Notes: generated by a model from the sequence alone, not told the origin. Positions 1 to 14,130 are shown, counted from the stretch's first letter. The stretch: 64,000 nt of DNA from Trichoplax sp. H2 (GCA_003344405.1 NOWV01000014.1:372001-436000), one strand, 5' to 3'. Numbers and translations are program-made.

Positions 1-1322
1 AAAATGTAGATGGTAAAAAGGTGAAAGAAACAAAAGTAGGTATTTTTAACTTAAGATATGGTATAATAGTTTCCATAGTTTGATAATATTAAAAATCATA
101 TGAGATTTTGACGTGGGAATAACGTTTCTTAATCGTTTTATAATTAGGTTGCGGACTCTCGAAATGGTAGCTTGTTAAATTTTCAAAAAGCATTGGGTAG
201 TGCCGCTAGAAAATTACTGTGGCGATTAGATCCTGAGGAGGTAAGCATTTACATAGACAATATCACACTTTATATATTTGATCAGGCAATAATAATTAAT
301 TTCTATTATTTATTGATATAGAAAAAATATGATCACTATCTCTTAATGAACTGTAAAGTTGTGGAATTAAATGAAAATGTCACTTTTATATTGATTCATC
401 CATCCGCTGATTCTATCAACTGTATAAAAAATGATGCTAATTCTATAACGGCTAATGGGTATTACTTCCTTCCTATAACGCATTTTGAATTAGGCAAGTA
501 TAAATAGAGCATGAATATTGCTATCAGACTATCAATATTTTGTGATACTTTAGTAGTGCATTTAGCGATGATATTGCTGTCCGACTGCTGTTTATGTTAT
601 TGATGGAATGTATACTTACGACGGTTATTATACTTTAGCTTGTTTGTATATGTATGAACCGGAAATAGTCCAGTCATATTGTTGGCTTTCACTTATTCTA
701 AATGTTCTAGAAAATATGGCAAAGAGGGCTGAGAGAGAGGTACTTATGTTAATAATGATGGGATATCCTTCAATTTGATGTTAATAAAGAATCTTATTTA
801 GGATTATACTTTTCTTTTTTGTTATTATGCCATATTTACTATATTTCAAGTAATAGTAAAGTTTGGAGCTGCTTCTAAACGTAGCATCAAACTTTTATTC
901 TTGATTACTTTAAAACGAATGTGATCTATCAATTATACTGATATTAAAGAATACTTAGAATTTCCTATCAAATCTTATTCACTTATTAGGCAATAACACA
1001 ATCAGAAACTATGTTGGCTAAGAAACAATATCAGGAGATTATCAACTTAACAGAGGTAATAGTTGATAAGATTGCAGTAGTTTAATGAAGCAAAAAGTAT
1101 TTTTTACTCTATCAAATCTAACCATAAATTACCTTTTCGAATTTTTCTAATAAGATACTTGTCTTTTGATATTTTTAACTCGGTATCCGATGAAAATTGT
1201 AGTCTTTAGAAGCAAATTGGAAGGATATGCGATGGATTGGCGAAACCGCTTGCTATATAAGCGGACGGAATAAAGCTAAACTTTTGTACAGTGTTCCGTT
1301 GGCTCGTGTTTTGCAGCCATAG
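1..1322 (+). CDS. 3' part of an unidentified multi-exon protein-coding gene (truncated by window start)
   Basis: Phase-consistent exon chain: <1-35 (NVDGKKVKETK), 148-240 (VADSRNGSLLNFQKALGSAARKLLWRLDPEE), 322-493 (ends at AG|GCAAGT, a GC donor), 639-739 (ACLYMYEPEIVQSYCWLSLILNVLENMAKRAERE), 802-849 (least certain), 990-1055 (AITQSETMLAKKQYQEIINLTE), 1203-1322 (SLEANWKDMRWIGETAC...VLQP*). All acceptors are AG preceded by T-rich tracts. Confidence 0.6.
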
Positions 1323-4300
1323 TCAATTATTGATGCAATACTAGTTCGAGATTACGCTGATTTAGCTAAATCATTTAGTAATACAAATCTCGAATTGCTA
1401 TAGACGCTGAAACTACTTTAAACGCTAATTTGCTGCGAAATTATTTGTAACATTTGCATATACTGACGTACTTTATAGTTTATTTCTATATATGAATGTA
1501 CAGCGTTTACATACGTGTTTTCAGAATAAAGTTTTATTTGTTTGAGAGCAGATTCGCTATTTCTCCGGCGTGCTATATGATTTGTCTTGTATAATTATTT
1601 GTCAGAAATACACTGTAATTGACAATTGCAAAGTTTTATCAAGACCTCAAGCAATAATTTTGCGTTATTATTATATTAAACTACAACAAATATTTGTCTA
1701 GACTATAGTTGTTTTATTTCGAGTGATGGTAACTGTTATGAGTAGAAACATCTATTGGCAAGTACTTTATATCATATATCTATTTTAATGGAGTCAAATA
1801 AATATGGTACTTCTCATAACTAAATGTCATTATTTGTGAGTCGTTTGTACTGATTGTAAAGTTCGAAATAAGTCAATCAGATCTACAGCTGTCACTGGCT
1901 TATAGTACAATTAATAATTGGATTTAAAACTGTCATGAATAGATTAATTTTTCAAACATTGTTGATAGCTGCAGGCGTTTGCTTGCCTTAATAAACAAAC
2001 AAAAAATTTATAGTTCAATTGTCATAAAGACTATTTGTGTACTTGTATATAGAGAAATTTAGCGGTATTAAGATACATAGCTATAGGATAGCATAAGACG
2101 AAACTAGATTTAATCACCGAGGACATTGAGGTTGTACCCAATTAATATCTAAGGAATAAACATTCACCGCTATTTTAAATTACCACTCAATACAGTGCAT
2201 TGAAATTTTATTTACAGTAGCTTCCGAAAATGAGTGGCTCATTTTAAATATTCAAGGTGGTATAACAATGATGGCAATTTATTTGGTATCTATAATGTTA
2301 CTTTGTGTGATTGAAAATGTTAATCATCGAAAATTATCAATAGTGAATTATCTATTACGGCTATGATATAAACCTCAAGTGGCATCTTACAGTAGATGAT
2401 TGTATCACAATACTTTACTTGTTTGAGCTTTCATTAAAATCATCGCCTATCAACAGGCTGTTTAAATTCCTTATGAAGTCATGCAATGTTGTATAACTGG
2501 TATTAATAGATTAACAAATGGTGAAATATCAAGATGCATTGTATATAATATCTGCTTATTCAGTGCTATTAATAGTATGTTATTTATCAAACAGTTTATC
2601 ACGTATTGGCATCCTGCATTATAACATAAGACTAACTACATTCGCATAGTATGCCGTAGGAAGTAAATAATCTGTTGTAGCATAGTTTAGTGTTTCAACA
2701 TATATTAAATCAAGCCCTTACACGGCCATAATTAATCATGGTCCGATAAACAATCAATCATAATTTTTTAGCTTGTCCGTTCGATATTCGTGATTATCCT
2801 TGGATACGCTGGGAAAGTGCCCGCAGTTAGTAGATTTGCAAAATTGACTTAATTTCATTAACGATGTCGTCATAGATTGCGTCAAATTTTGTAATAAAAT
2901 ATACAACATATGCTTATATGCTACATATGATGTGTACTGATGTCATCAGGCTGGAAACGCCATTTAGGGAAAAATTTTTAGTCAGTATGTTGTCAATATA
3001 TTTACTTTAATGTGTAGTTTGTATGAAAGATAGCCGTACTAGTCTATACGAGTGCATAATCCTATATAATGAATTTCTGAATAGGAGAAGCAATGTAAAA
3101 CCCAACTAAATGGATCGTGAATGATCACTTATGTTACTTGATTTTATATAAGGAAAACTTTTTCCAGGATTGACAAGCCTAGTTAAAATACCATTATAAT
3201 GAAGGTTTTGTTACTGTTTAAATCAATAAAAATTAAATATCTTGTGTTCAATACTATATTTATGACAGCTATTAGTCAAAACATTACTTCTAATGAATTG
3301 TACTAACTCATTGTAAACTATCGTAATTGCTTTCTATCAATTCCGATTATCGTCATGATAAGGTAATTCATAATAAAACTTCGGCTTGCATTCATCTATT
3401 TTACATGACTTTTACATAAAGCTTTATTATCCATGAGCTATTTTTAGATAGTCAATACATCAATAATTATTTTAAAATGGCGTATCATTGTTGATTAAAG
3501 ATTGATTGGATGAACACATGGACAGTAAACACCTAAACTACAACATTCTCTCTTAAGCTTGTAATCAGATTTGTGTTTTGATATAAAAAGGTACAGTAGC
3601 ATCCTGCCGTAATTAATTATCGTGTTAATAATATATCATGTGAACTTCCTTTTACCTTTTAACTGGTATGCTAGCGTGCGATAACGCAGTCTTGTTTATC
3701 ACTGAATTGGAGAAATAGTAAACAGTAAGCGTATTAATGTTTTATTGCGTTTACGATTATACTTTCTATGTTACCATAGAAAAAAAATAAACAATCGAAA
3801 ATATTCATTGATCCGTTAATGAGTGACGAAGAAACTGGTTTTACGAGCTTTGAATTTATACTAACCGCTGTGGCTGAACTAGGTTAAGGCCTAGGGTACC
3901 ATTTTTGTTTTATTAGGATATCAAACCCACTTTATTAAGAATCGCTGAAACAATGCTCTAATTTATCGTCTATTCGCTACTCCATCAAATCATAAATTTA
4001 AAATTAATTGCAAAAAATTACTGCAATATATTGGCAGTACCGTACTTGATTTTTTGCTGAATACTATGCATAACTAATTGCGGATAATAGTCAACAATTT
4101 AGAAAATGATGTACATAAATAAGCTCTTATCGCTTGTACAGGACTACTCTATTCTTAATCGTTGAACTTTTCCTTCCTGTTATTAGCTAAATATACTTTA
4201 GTCTTGGTGTTTAATTACTACTAAGAAGGTCATTCAACCTTCGCTTTAAAATCTTGATCTATGACTTGAGTGAATGATCAATCTGTAGCTCTACTATTAA

Positions 4301-5249
4301 TAAGAATTGGAGCACAGGAATAAAGATATGACTTGTAATATAAGAATTAAAGCCTACATCTGACTTTTAAATATGTGTAACGGTATCCAATTTTAAGTCA
4401 ATTCAATGCAATAATTGTAATAAAAAGCGAGAAAGATATTGGGTCCTAAGAGCTGTCGTTAATTACCTACTGCAACTAATTTTACGGCAAGTTAAGTATC
4501 ATAATATGAATGATCGATCAATCATCCTTTGCTGCCTTTGTTGATCATTCACGACCTTAGTTCATTCTCAACTTGGCGGCATGTTCTTTCTTTCTTGTTG
4601 TAGCTACTGGATCAAAGTACTGAGTTTTTAAACTTGAACAATAATAAATTTATAATTAATTCATTATGATTATTAGTCATTTCTTTTGTCGAAAATATTA
4701 TTATTTTTATTACTAGTGAGGAAAAAACAAGACCAAGTTATTTATTTGTTTTAGTCTCAAATATTGTCTTGTAGATTAAGAAATGAAAGCGAGAAATTTG
4801 CCAACCGTAGCACGCTTAAGAGCTCCTATGCAACTATACCTATATACACTCATATGTTATGTCTTTGTCTATGAAGGGAAGACGCCATTACAGTATAGGG
4901 TTTAGTCGTTGTCGAGTTAGGAATTAATTATAGTTGTACAAGAGGGTTTTATTTCAGTTCGTACAAGACAAGTAATTTATCCATTCATAATCTGTAGGAG
5001 CGATTTGTATTCATTATTTTGGCTATACTCTACTTTACTGGCGATTGGCAAAGGCAGTAGTTTGAAGAGAGAATTTTGCCTATTCCACAGGTGCAGTGTG
5101 TGGTTGTTGCTGATATGCAAGAGTTGAAATTTTAGCAGCGATCTAATACTGTATACGTACGTAGAATGTTCCAAAGTCGCTGACAGAATATGGTTTGATG
5201 AAGGCAATTTTATGTAATACTGTACAGTGAAGTTTTACAATCGTTGTTG

Positions 5250-5998
5250 TTTTCATATTTGGAAAACATTTGATGACAGCGCCATCCTATGCACAGTCGA
5301 ATCAAGATGATGAACACCCGCCGTGTGTTGTCGGTATTCAAAGCAAGATGCACTTTATGTACCTACACCTCTTGAAAAATAATGCCTGCTTTCATGTTCA
5401 TTTTTGATCATCAAAACACTATCCTTCCCCAATTGAATAGTATCATAGACTGTATGGGCTTGATCACTGTACAGCGGGATATTCTGATTGCATAATTTGA
5501 CTACATGTAGTAGCAGCTCTCCTTTCTGACCTTCTACTATAGTATAGTATACTGAGTGTACACGTCCATCCAGATTGACTTCAAAGCCTGATTGTACAAA
5601 ATGAATTTGTTGACACAGTCGGCCCAAGGCTGGAAATAATGCTACAATATTTCATGGATATCGGTCGGATAAATTATCCTATTACAAACCGATAGACAAC
5701 GCATTCAGTCAACATGCATCCAAGTGTCCTGGTATTGACTTTGCAGGTCGTTGCCCTTAATATCATAAATTATCAAATTATTTCATTTGTGTTTATAGAA
5801 ATTATTTCTATTTATCTCGGTCATTTTAGGAATGATCTTCAATTTTGCAAAGCTATTGTGGCATGCTTGGCTATTATCCTTGACGCCGGTGATAGCTGTT
5901 AGGCCATCTTGTAGGAATTGTAGCCAGAAATTGAAAATCAATTCCTTGTTCAGGTCTACTCCATGGTATTTAGCGAAGCATCTTGTCTTAGAATTGGA
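5250..5998 (-). pseudogene. Possible decayed fragment of a TauD/BBOX1/TMLHE-like 2-oxoglutarate dioxygenase
   Basis: Minus-strand frame at ~5785-5998 reads ...ELIFNFWLQFLQDGLTAITGVKDNSQACHNSFAKLKII..., patterned like the FLxxFLxxGIAxVxxV segment of TMLHE/BBOX1 as recalled. Near 5300-5360, LALNTDNT and FEYRQHTAGVHHL occur in different frames, reminiscent of the HTD...PGV motif. Interrupted by stops; resemblance judged by eye. Confidence 0.25.
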
Positions 5999-6085
5999 TC
6001 AAGGGCGGGATGAATGGCCTGAGTGACGATGGAGTAAAAACGCAACCGCAGTATGGACGTGGTTGTCCAGTGTACACAGTTACGT

Positions 6086-6444
6086 ATGAAGCGCAGTCGT
6101 GTCATCGACTGATACACATCATTCATTTTGAAGCGTTTCTGTACTGTACACAGTATAGAATGAAGCGCAGTGGTGTCATCGACTGATACACATCATTCAT
6201 TTTGAAGCGTTTCTGTACCCTGAGTGAGTGTACTGTACAGTAGAGTATGAAGCGCAGTCGTGTCATCGACTGATACACACACATCATTCATTTGGAAGCG
6301 TTTCTGTACTATACACTGAGTGAGTGTACACAGCATAGAATGAAGCGCAGTCGTGGATACACATCATTCATTTTGAAGCGTTTCCGTACACTGAGTGAGT
6401 GTACACTGCACAGTAGAGTATGAAGCGCAGTCGTGTCATCGACT
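6086..6444. repeat. Minisatellite, ~4.3 units of 74-93 bp
   Basis: Core ATGAAGCGCAGTCGTGTCATCGACTGATACACATCATTCATTTTGAAGCGTTTCTGTAC starts at 6086, 6160, 6247, 6340 and (partially) 6420. Variable tails are built from CTGAGTGAGTGTAC/ACAGTA words. Confidence 0.95.
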
Positions 6445-6609
6445 CATGTCACTCATCCATATTCTATTCTTTACTACGGTGATCGTACGACACGAGAGTC
6501 GAATGACGATCGATTGACTAAAACGTTGAGTACCGTCAGCGTACAGTACTGTACTATGTAAAGTACCGTACTGTACAGTACTGTATGTTGCAAAATTGTG
6601 TCATGGTCA

Positions 6610-6632
6610 TACAGTACAGTACAGTACAGTAC
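6610..6632. repeat. (ACAGT)n pentanucleotide microsatellite within a GTAC/CAGTA-rich tract (6540-6632)
   Basis: acagtacagtacagtacagtaca read directly. Confidence 0.9.
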
Positions 6633-6938
6633 AAGCCGTTGTCAATAAATAAATAATAACAATTTATTTATAGACTGTTGATAATAATAATAATAATACA
6701 GTAGAGAATAATCCGCACACAGTTCCATACTGTACACGGATAACTACGATCCAAAATAAAAACAGTCTAATACAAATACACTGTATACCAAGCATACCAT
6801 CCTACCCTTCTCCACTCACTTAGTCCGCTCGTCCACTGCAAACTTGTGAATAATGCAATACTATGATGAACGCACTCTTGATAGCGTCGAATTTTTGACG
6901 CCCAAAATCAGCTGCTCAGGGTTAGCCAAACTGGTTTA

Positions 6939-6946
6939 TGACGTCA
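6939..6946. promoter_or_regulatory. Palindromic CRE (TGACGTCA) in the probable SLC25A38 promoter
   Basis: Exact TGACGTCA about 720 bp upstream of the ATG, with ATTGG (reverse CCAAT) about 20 bp downstream, in a locally GC-richer stretch. Confidence 0.35.
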
Positions 6947-7662
6947 CACCGATATAATACTATGATTGGTAGAAAAAGAACATGTGGTGATGCAATTAAA
7001 ACCATTGAATGAAACCGGTCCGACGTGTATCATAATCAAACACGCTATTCTTAGATGTTGTTCGCAACGGTAATAACAAATGCAACATCCAGCAATGAGT
7101 GAATCATACCAACATCATGTGAAGCTGGATGGAGTAGACTAACAAAGACGAAAATAACAACCGTGTTCCACCGCGTGACATCGCATTTTTGTCCACGGGG
7201 TTCTCAATGCTATACTGTGCCGTTGGAAGACGTTGACGGTACGCGCATTCAACCTCCTATCCACTCATTCATCTTTGGCGCTACTACTTCAATACCCAGT
7301 ATATAATCGCTGGTATCACTGACTGTTAGCCAATTTCATTGACTAGCAAGATTTTTCCAGTTTCTGCCTGTGATTGATATTATTGATCGTCAGCTTCTCG
7401 CCACTAGAAATCCGCGGCTTAACCACTGGATACGAACATATTTTATTGCTCAATGTTGGTAGGATAGTTTACTATGCCATTATCAATAGTTTAGTAGCTA
7501 GATCGAATCTAGAGATAGTCGTTACAGCCAACCACTGCCAAGTTGGGATAGCTAATTATAGAATTTCAAAAATATCCTTGTCAACATCAAAATAAAGGCA
7601 AAGCTTGGCAAGCAGAAATACCTCGTCAAAATTTTTTTCTCCTTAAAATTGAAAATAACATC

Positions 7663-10600
7663 ATGACTTCCACATCAATGGATAAGGTAAGTTTCCCTAC
7701 CGGAAATATTCTCATTGTAATAGTAATAACTGCTTCAAAATGGTGCATGGCCAGCAACTGCCTGTAATAGAAAATGTTTGATAAGATTGAACGTACAGAC
7801 CAGTCATTAAAACCAGTGACCTTTAGTAAATCAATAGATGTACGATACGCCGGTAGGCATTACTACAGCAACTCCACTGTGTTTTGACGCTCTTCTTATG
7901 GACCCATACTACAGTACAGCACAGTAGTAGTGTACTCAGTGTACTGTATTCCACCTACTGTACCTTGGCTAAAGGTGAATGTCGCTTTTTGATCTAGGGC
8001 GTGCTGGATAAAAATGAAAATTGTAATACACAGTATATACAATTGTGATCATGTTGCATAAAGTTGAGGAAAAAGTAGAGAGAAAATAGCCTTGATCTTC
8101 GACTATGTTATGATGTCGACACAATAAGAAGGATCTCATCAATTGCTTATTCTATCCTAATTATTAACAGTGAATATCAACCATGCTGTATTCCTGTAGG
8201 GTTATCTTTGGAAGGCATTTGTTGCTGGTTCGTTGAGTGGTTGCTGCTCCACAATTTTATTTCAACCGTTAGATTTGGTCAAAACTAGGCAACAGGCTCC
8301 ACTCGTAGCTTGCAAGTAAGTTTATTTGATCGTAATTGCTATCAATTTTCATTATCAATCTTTCTGATAGTTATTGTAGTAACCTTACTTGATAGCTGCA
8401 ATTTTGAGCGGCAATTCTTGTGCAAACTATATAGCATGTAGTCTAGTAATGTACGCTTCCTAAATATGATTATCAAAATGACGTACTAAAGCTATCACGT
8501 CAGATAAGATCGATAAATATCTGCAATCGAACATTACGGAAATGGTTTTCTACCCTTTTTAACCGACTTTAACCACTACAGTATGTGACTCGATCTGTCT
8601 ATATGTCATATATACGCGTATGTTAGCAGTACTGTACTGTATTAAATAGAACAAGTTAGGTCTCTACACCATGTCCTACAATATATCAGATACTGTAATA
8701 ATACGAGTAGACAGTGTACTAGGTACATTTTTCTGTTGCCCTTACCCTACTCAAGATGAAGAGGCAGTATTCACTTGGCTTACTTCATTGAAAAGAAAAC
8801 TACCTAATTGCATTGCATTTTACGTACTGTAGTTTGCCATATGATAACAAGTAGTCAGCTACTGCAATATCGCAATATCCTATCATCTGTGGACACTAAA
8901 TTTTATTTTATTTTATTGAGCGCCACATGCTCTCGAAATCATATGTGCTATTCTTGTATCTATATTATAAAATTTCCAGGCTTTAGTTAAAATACAGCTA
9001 TTGTAAAGAATTTTATCATGCCACTGAAATGGTTTCCTCTTCTCTTGTCATTTTTACAGCTGATAGAGCTGCAGTATTTCTAATATTGTATGCATTTAAA
9101 TGATTCACCAGATATGAACAATGCATTAAATAAAATTGCCATTTATTTCTATTATTTCTTAGCAATACTGGTGTGCTTCAAGTATTTACCACGGTCGTAC
9201 GTAAAGAAAAATTGGCTGGTTTATGGAAAGGAGTAGCACCGGTATGTTAGGATATTTGAAAATTTTATCAATTTTCAATTGGATTTATAACTTTCGGTAC
9301 TGTACATTAGTTAATTTGACGCGTAAATTAAGTTTAAATTGCGGATGTCACGGTATTAAATCATATCATTTTTTTTACTGTTATTGCTACTGTAGTCATT
9401 ATCGCGGACCGTCCCTGGTGTTGGTATATATTTTTGCTCTTTATCATTTCTTCGTTCTCATTTCAAGTAAGTAGCGAAGAAACGATAGGAATGTTTATTA
9501 AATACTTCACGTGATGAACTGTGTTTGGATGGAGCAATGTGTTTATTTTGGATTTGCTGTATTATGTTACTGTAAATAAAAGTTATGTTATACATCCGTA
9601 TACCATCAGTATTAGGGCATCTTTATACTTTACGCGATTGGATGTAACAAAAAATTTTAGGCAATCATTAGATTGCAGGTACTCTCACGCTTTGATGCAG
9701 CCAGTGTGTTCTGCAAGACTTCGTCCCGTGATAGTGCAGTTAGCGAGATTCGCAGCAAGTAGCGAGCGTTTCATTTTTACAGTACTATACTACATGAGAT
9801 AAGCTTTCTAGTTCGTAAAGAAATTAACGCTTGTTTTTTAAGATATAAAATCTCTATCTCGTCTCATCATTGCAATTATTATTAAAGGAATGACCCTACG
9901 CCGATGCAAACAGTTTGTCTAGGAGCTACTGCGAGGTCTGTTGCGGTTGTACAAACTTTACCCATAACGGTTGTGAAGACACGATATGAGGTAGGTCGAG
10001 TTCAGGTCATTTTTTAGATGCGCTATTTTTGTGGAAGATGTCTGTAAAAGTACTTGTTAATTTATTCTACTCAGTGTGCAGTGCTGTACTACATATAGAC
10101 GTACGTAGTAGTCCATGTGTAGCATAATTACGATGATGAAAATTCCGTTTAGAGTGCAGTAGTGATAAGAAGCATACACTGTAGTACAGTTGTTCAACTG
10201 GAGGCATCTATCTTGTAACTTGAATTATGCTGGAAAAGTCCAACTGTACAAAGTATACATTAGTCAGATAATTACTGAACTTTGGACAATGTACGGGAAA
10301 ACATACGCACCCTTTTGTAAATGGTATCGTACAGCATCATTCCCTTGTTATTACGCTTCCGCTATTACGAAATGTTACCAATATACGAACAATGCCAAGT
10401 TCCGACTCGCTTTTACGAATTTAATTGAAAAATTGTTGATAATAAAAGATATAAAATTTTATCTTGCCTTATAATGTCAAGTTTTTGTTCGAACTCGTTA
10501 AATGTTACTAGTACCCACAAAATGTACTTGATGCTGTTTTATTTCATACAGATTTTTATGCAATCAAATACAATAAACTTTGTAATTTATGAACGGTTAA

Positions 10601-11398
10601 TTGTCAAACGTAGCTTGATTTATTATTGCATATTGTGGTCAATTTTATAAAGTAGGCCATTTGAGATTTTAAAATTTGATCTTTTTTTCTCAGTCTGGTC
10701 GGTACGGCTACAAGAGCGTTGCTGACGCCCTTAAAGGTATTTGGCGTACTGAAGGAGCAAGAGGGTTATACAGTGGACTAACAGCAACTATAGTTCGTGA
10801 TGCGCCATTTTCTGGTCTTTACTTGATGTTTTTTACTCAGAGTAAGAAGTATTTGAATGGAGGTAAGTCACGTGCAATTTTTCTGATCATATATCTCTTG
10901 GCAACATTCTGCAACCAATATTTCAAAAGTCTATGCTCTGAATGCTTAATTTATTCCTAAAGTAATATCATCTATGTGCTTCTCTTACATGTCTAGTTAC
11001 AAATGATGTTCCTCAAGCTGGTATAACTTTTGCTTCCGGTGTTGTTGGTGGCATACTTGCTTCTGTGGTAACTCATCCACCCGATGTAGTCAAAACAAAA
11101 TTACAAATTGATCCCAAGTCTTATAGAAATACAATATCGACTATCGCCGCCATCTATAAAAGTAATGGTATCTCTGGTTTCTTTAGAGGTTTAGCATTAC
11201 GTTTAACTAGGCGAACTTTAATGGCTGCCATGGCTTGGACAGTTTATGAACAGGTAAAGAGATATTTCTAGAAAACAAAATGAATAGTATTTACTTCTTC
11301 ATTAAGTGCCTTAGTTACATGATTTGGAAGCTGTTAGATAATACTAGTATTTTGTTGATAAATTCTAGATATTCCGTGTGGTCAACTTGAAGAAATAA
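7663..11398 (+). CDS. SLC25A38: Mitochondrial glycine transporter SLC25A38 (mitochondrial carrier family), 8 exons, ~282 aa
   Basis: Exons 7663-7686, 8200-8315, 9163-9241, 9396-9466, 9888-9990, 10694-10862, 10997-11253, 11369-11398 (849 nt, all GT-AG, in frame). Three carrier signatures ([24 protein letters not shown]) plus SLC25A38-typical [32 protein letters not shown] and [14 protein letters not shown]. Confidence 0.95.
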
Positions 11399-14130
11399 CT
11401 CTTTAAACTTGGTAAATACTGAATTTACCATTAAAGTTCCATTGACATGAACGTACCCCTGTAATGTCATCATGTTTGCATGGACTTGTTTCACGACGTT
11501 ATGCTCTAAAAAAAGTTAATGTTGAGATGTTCGATTTCGACATGTGTTATTAATATTATATGTCTATCAAATGGAATACAATTAGATAATGATGCCATTA
11601 AGGCTTTCTTTTAATTGTATTCAGATTGATATTTGGTAATATATGTGTATCTAGGATATTTACGTTATCTCACCTATTCAGAGCATCAACTATGATATAT
11701 AACCATTTCTGGAATAATCTGGAATGTACAGTACACTTGCTGAACCGTACTTCCTGAATTTGTGTAATACAATCAGCTTTATATTGTATTCGCTTAGCTA
11801 ATGTAATTATTTAATATGAAATATACTTATGTACATTCTAGTCCTGTTTTCAATTATCCAATTGCCAAATAGTGTGTTATTATTTTTATGTGATTAAGCC
11901 GCTTATTCCGTATTTGATTATTCTTTGTCGTAAAATATCAATTCATCAACAGTATTGGTACCGTACGTCTTTTCGTCATCATATTTCACTTTATAGATTG
12001 ATTTTAACATTGCTTTATAGCGATCTACACGTCTACATATACTCTTGTACAGCATTGTATTACCATTCTGAAGTCTGCAGCTATCTGTCCTATTAGATGA
12101 TATTTCTAGTTGATGTACTATTTTTTCTTGTCTTTGCGTTTTGTATAAACATGTATAGGTATACGCGTATGTATAGTAGATACTTTCGGGTTGGAAAGGA
12201 ACCCGATTAACAAAAGTATGTAAATTTGCAGCTACTCACGAATTTCTGTATGATATTGAACTAGGTGTTTATCTTGTAAGTTATTACTATGAAAAATGCT
12301 GAATATTACTGGGCTATTTATTGTCGCCTGAGATACTTGACGACTTTATTGCTTTAGATTTTAGATGTAATTTCGGAGATATATATATTTGATACATTCC
12401 TCTCGTATTTATTTACTAAATAGATAAATGTATTCTGTATGTATATGTTATGCATCGTTTCTATGTAAATCAATGCTAGATGAGGAGGAACAGAAACACT
12501 GCTTAACTTGTATTTAAATGAAATTTACATCGACGAATCGAAGCTAATCGGATGAAAGAATTTAAAGAACGTCTAATGCAGTTCTGTATTGTACTGCTAA
12601 TATTTTACTTTGTTTTTAATTGATTGTCAAATACAATTTTAATAAAATACTCTATTGATTCAAAAATGCGATCTTTTTAGTATTTACCCAGTTCAATGGA
12701 TGCTATAGTGTATTACGAATAGATATCAATAGGCATTAGATGCGTTATTAATGCGCATTTTTTACGGCTGCTGATGTCTAAGAGGCTAGGTTCTGCAATT
12801 CTTTAGCGAATTTGGTGAGATATAGAAGAAGGATAATGCGTATCAGGCGGAAGTAGAGTCAGTCCTACGATAGACTCAATGATATCGAGTGGTGCATTCT
12901 TCGCAGTTTGCGCATAGACTTTTAGTTCATAAACCAGTAGAACTTTTAATCAGCGCCGTTATATCCGGTTAATGGTCAATTGGTTATGCTATATCTAGCT
13001 AATCATAATTCTACGATATGTTTGCAGTGGATATTGGTTGATACGAGCACATATGACCAATTCGGTCAGTATATAGTCTCGTATAGTGGGTAATTGATGA
13101 CTACGCGTACAGTATCATAGTATGAACTATGAACTGAAGCAGACTAATCGAAGTTGAACTACTGCGCTGTGCTTTTAGAGTACTACACTTTCATATCCTG
13201 TTTCAGAGTTACGTTTAACAGGTTAGGCTTTAGTGACGATCATCGAATCCGCTAAAGTATTACAACAACAGTGGATTTATGCAAGGATAAGCGAGCAGGG
13301 CATTTTATTGGTGATTATAAGAAGTTAGGAACTAGCCTGGATGAGCTTTCATCTCCTGTATAATCATTAATCATTAATATAGCCATTTATGGCATGTTTG
13401 AGCGTCTTATAATGAATGATAATCTATAACCGCAACGATGGATCCTCGCTCGCTATACAGAACGTATCAGTTTGGTAATTGAATCTGTTTTGTTAACTAA
13501 AATTAAAGTGCACAGTAGCGAGTATCACAGAGTCATTCAATGGGAGTCTGATGTAGTTTACTTACAGTATGTACTTACTATGCAGTCCTGGACAGTGTAA
13601 AGTAGTAGAAAATTAGAAATATGAGAAAAGTGGAGGCGTGTCCAGAATTTTAGGCGTGCCCTAGTGTTTTAAATGCAAATAAAGTCGGCTAACTTTAATG
13701 AATAATAAGCTGCAGTACTGTAGTGTGCAAGTGTACATGTATACTGTATAGTGCACAATCAGCTTTCTAGCGCAATGACTGTATTTGTACAATATACCTT
13801 ATGTAGTGGCGTTAAGTGCTATACTGTACTTTACGTATCATCTTGAAGTTCATCCTGATACTTTAGGCAGCCTTTAGCGCTATTATAATATAGGGAAAAT
13901 TAACGATATGCCCCTATATAATATATACAGTATAATTAATTAATTAATGAATTCTAATTCGGTTCAATAATTATGATTACATTCTACCTGATTCTACTCT
14001 AATTCTATTATCGAGGTTTATCATTGCACGCCGCGTGGTACCGCTGACGTATGCAAGCAGTTCAAGTCTTTGCCTCAGAAAAGTTACGGTACCTGAGTAC
14101 CATACTGTAGATTGTACCAATGTCCACGAG

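Noticed and set aside
6029-6045. 17-mer ATGGAGTAAAAACGCAA also present at 18034-18050
   Set aside because: No extended flanking similarity seen; one 17-mer match in an AT-rich 64-kb window is not clearly beyond chance.
6086-6444. CRISPR array
   Set aside because: Eukaryotic context, a ~59-bp core with internal indels, mutually related spacers, and no cas genes; it is a minisatellite.
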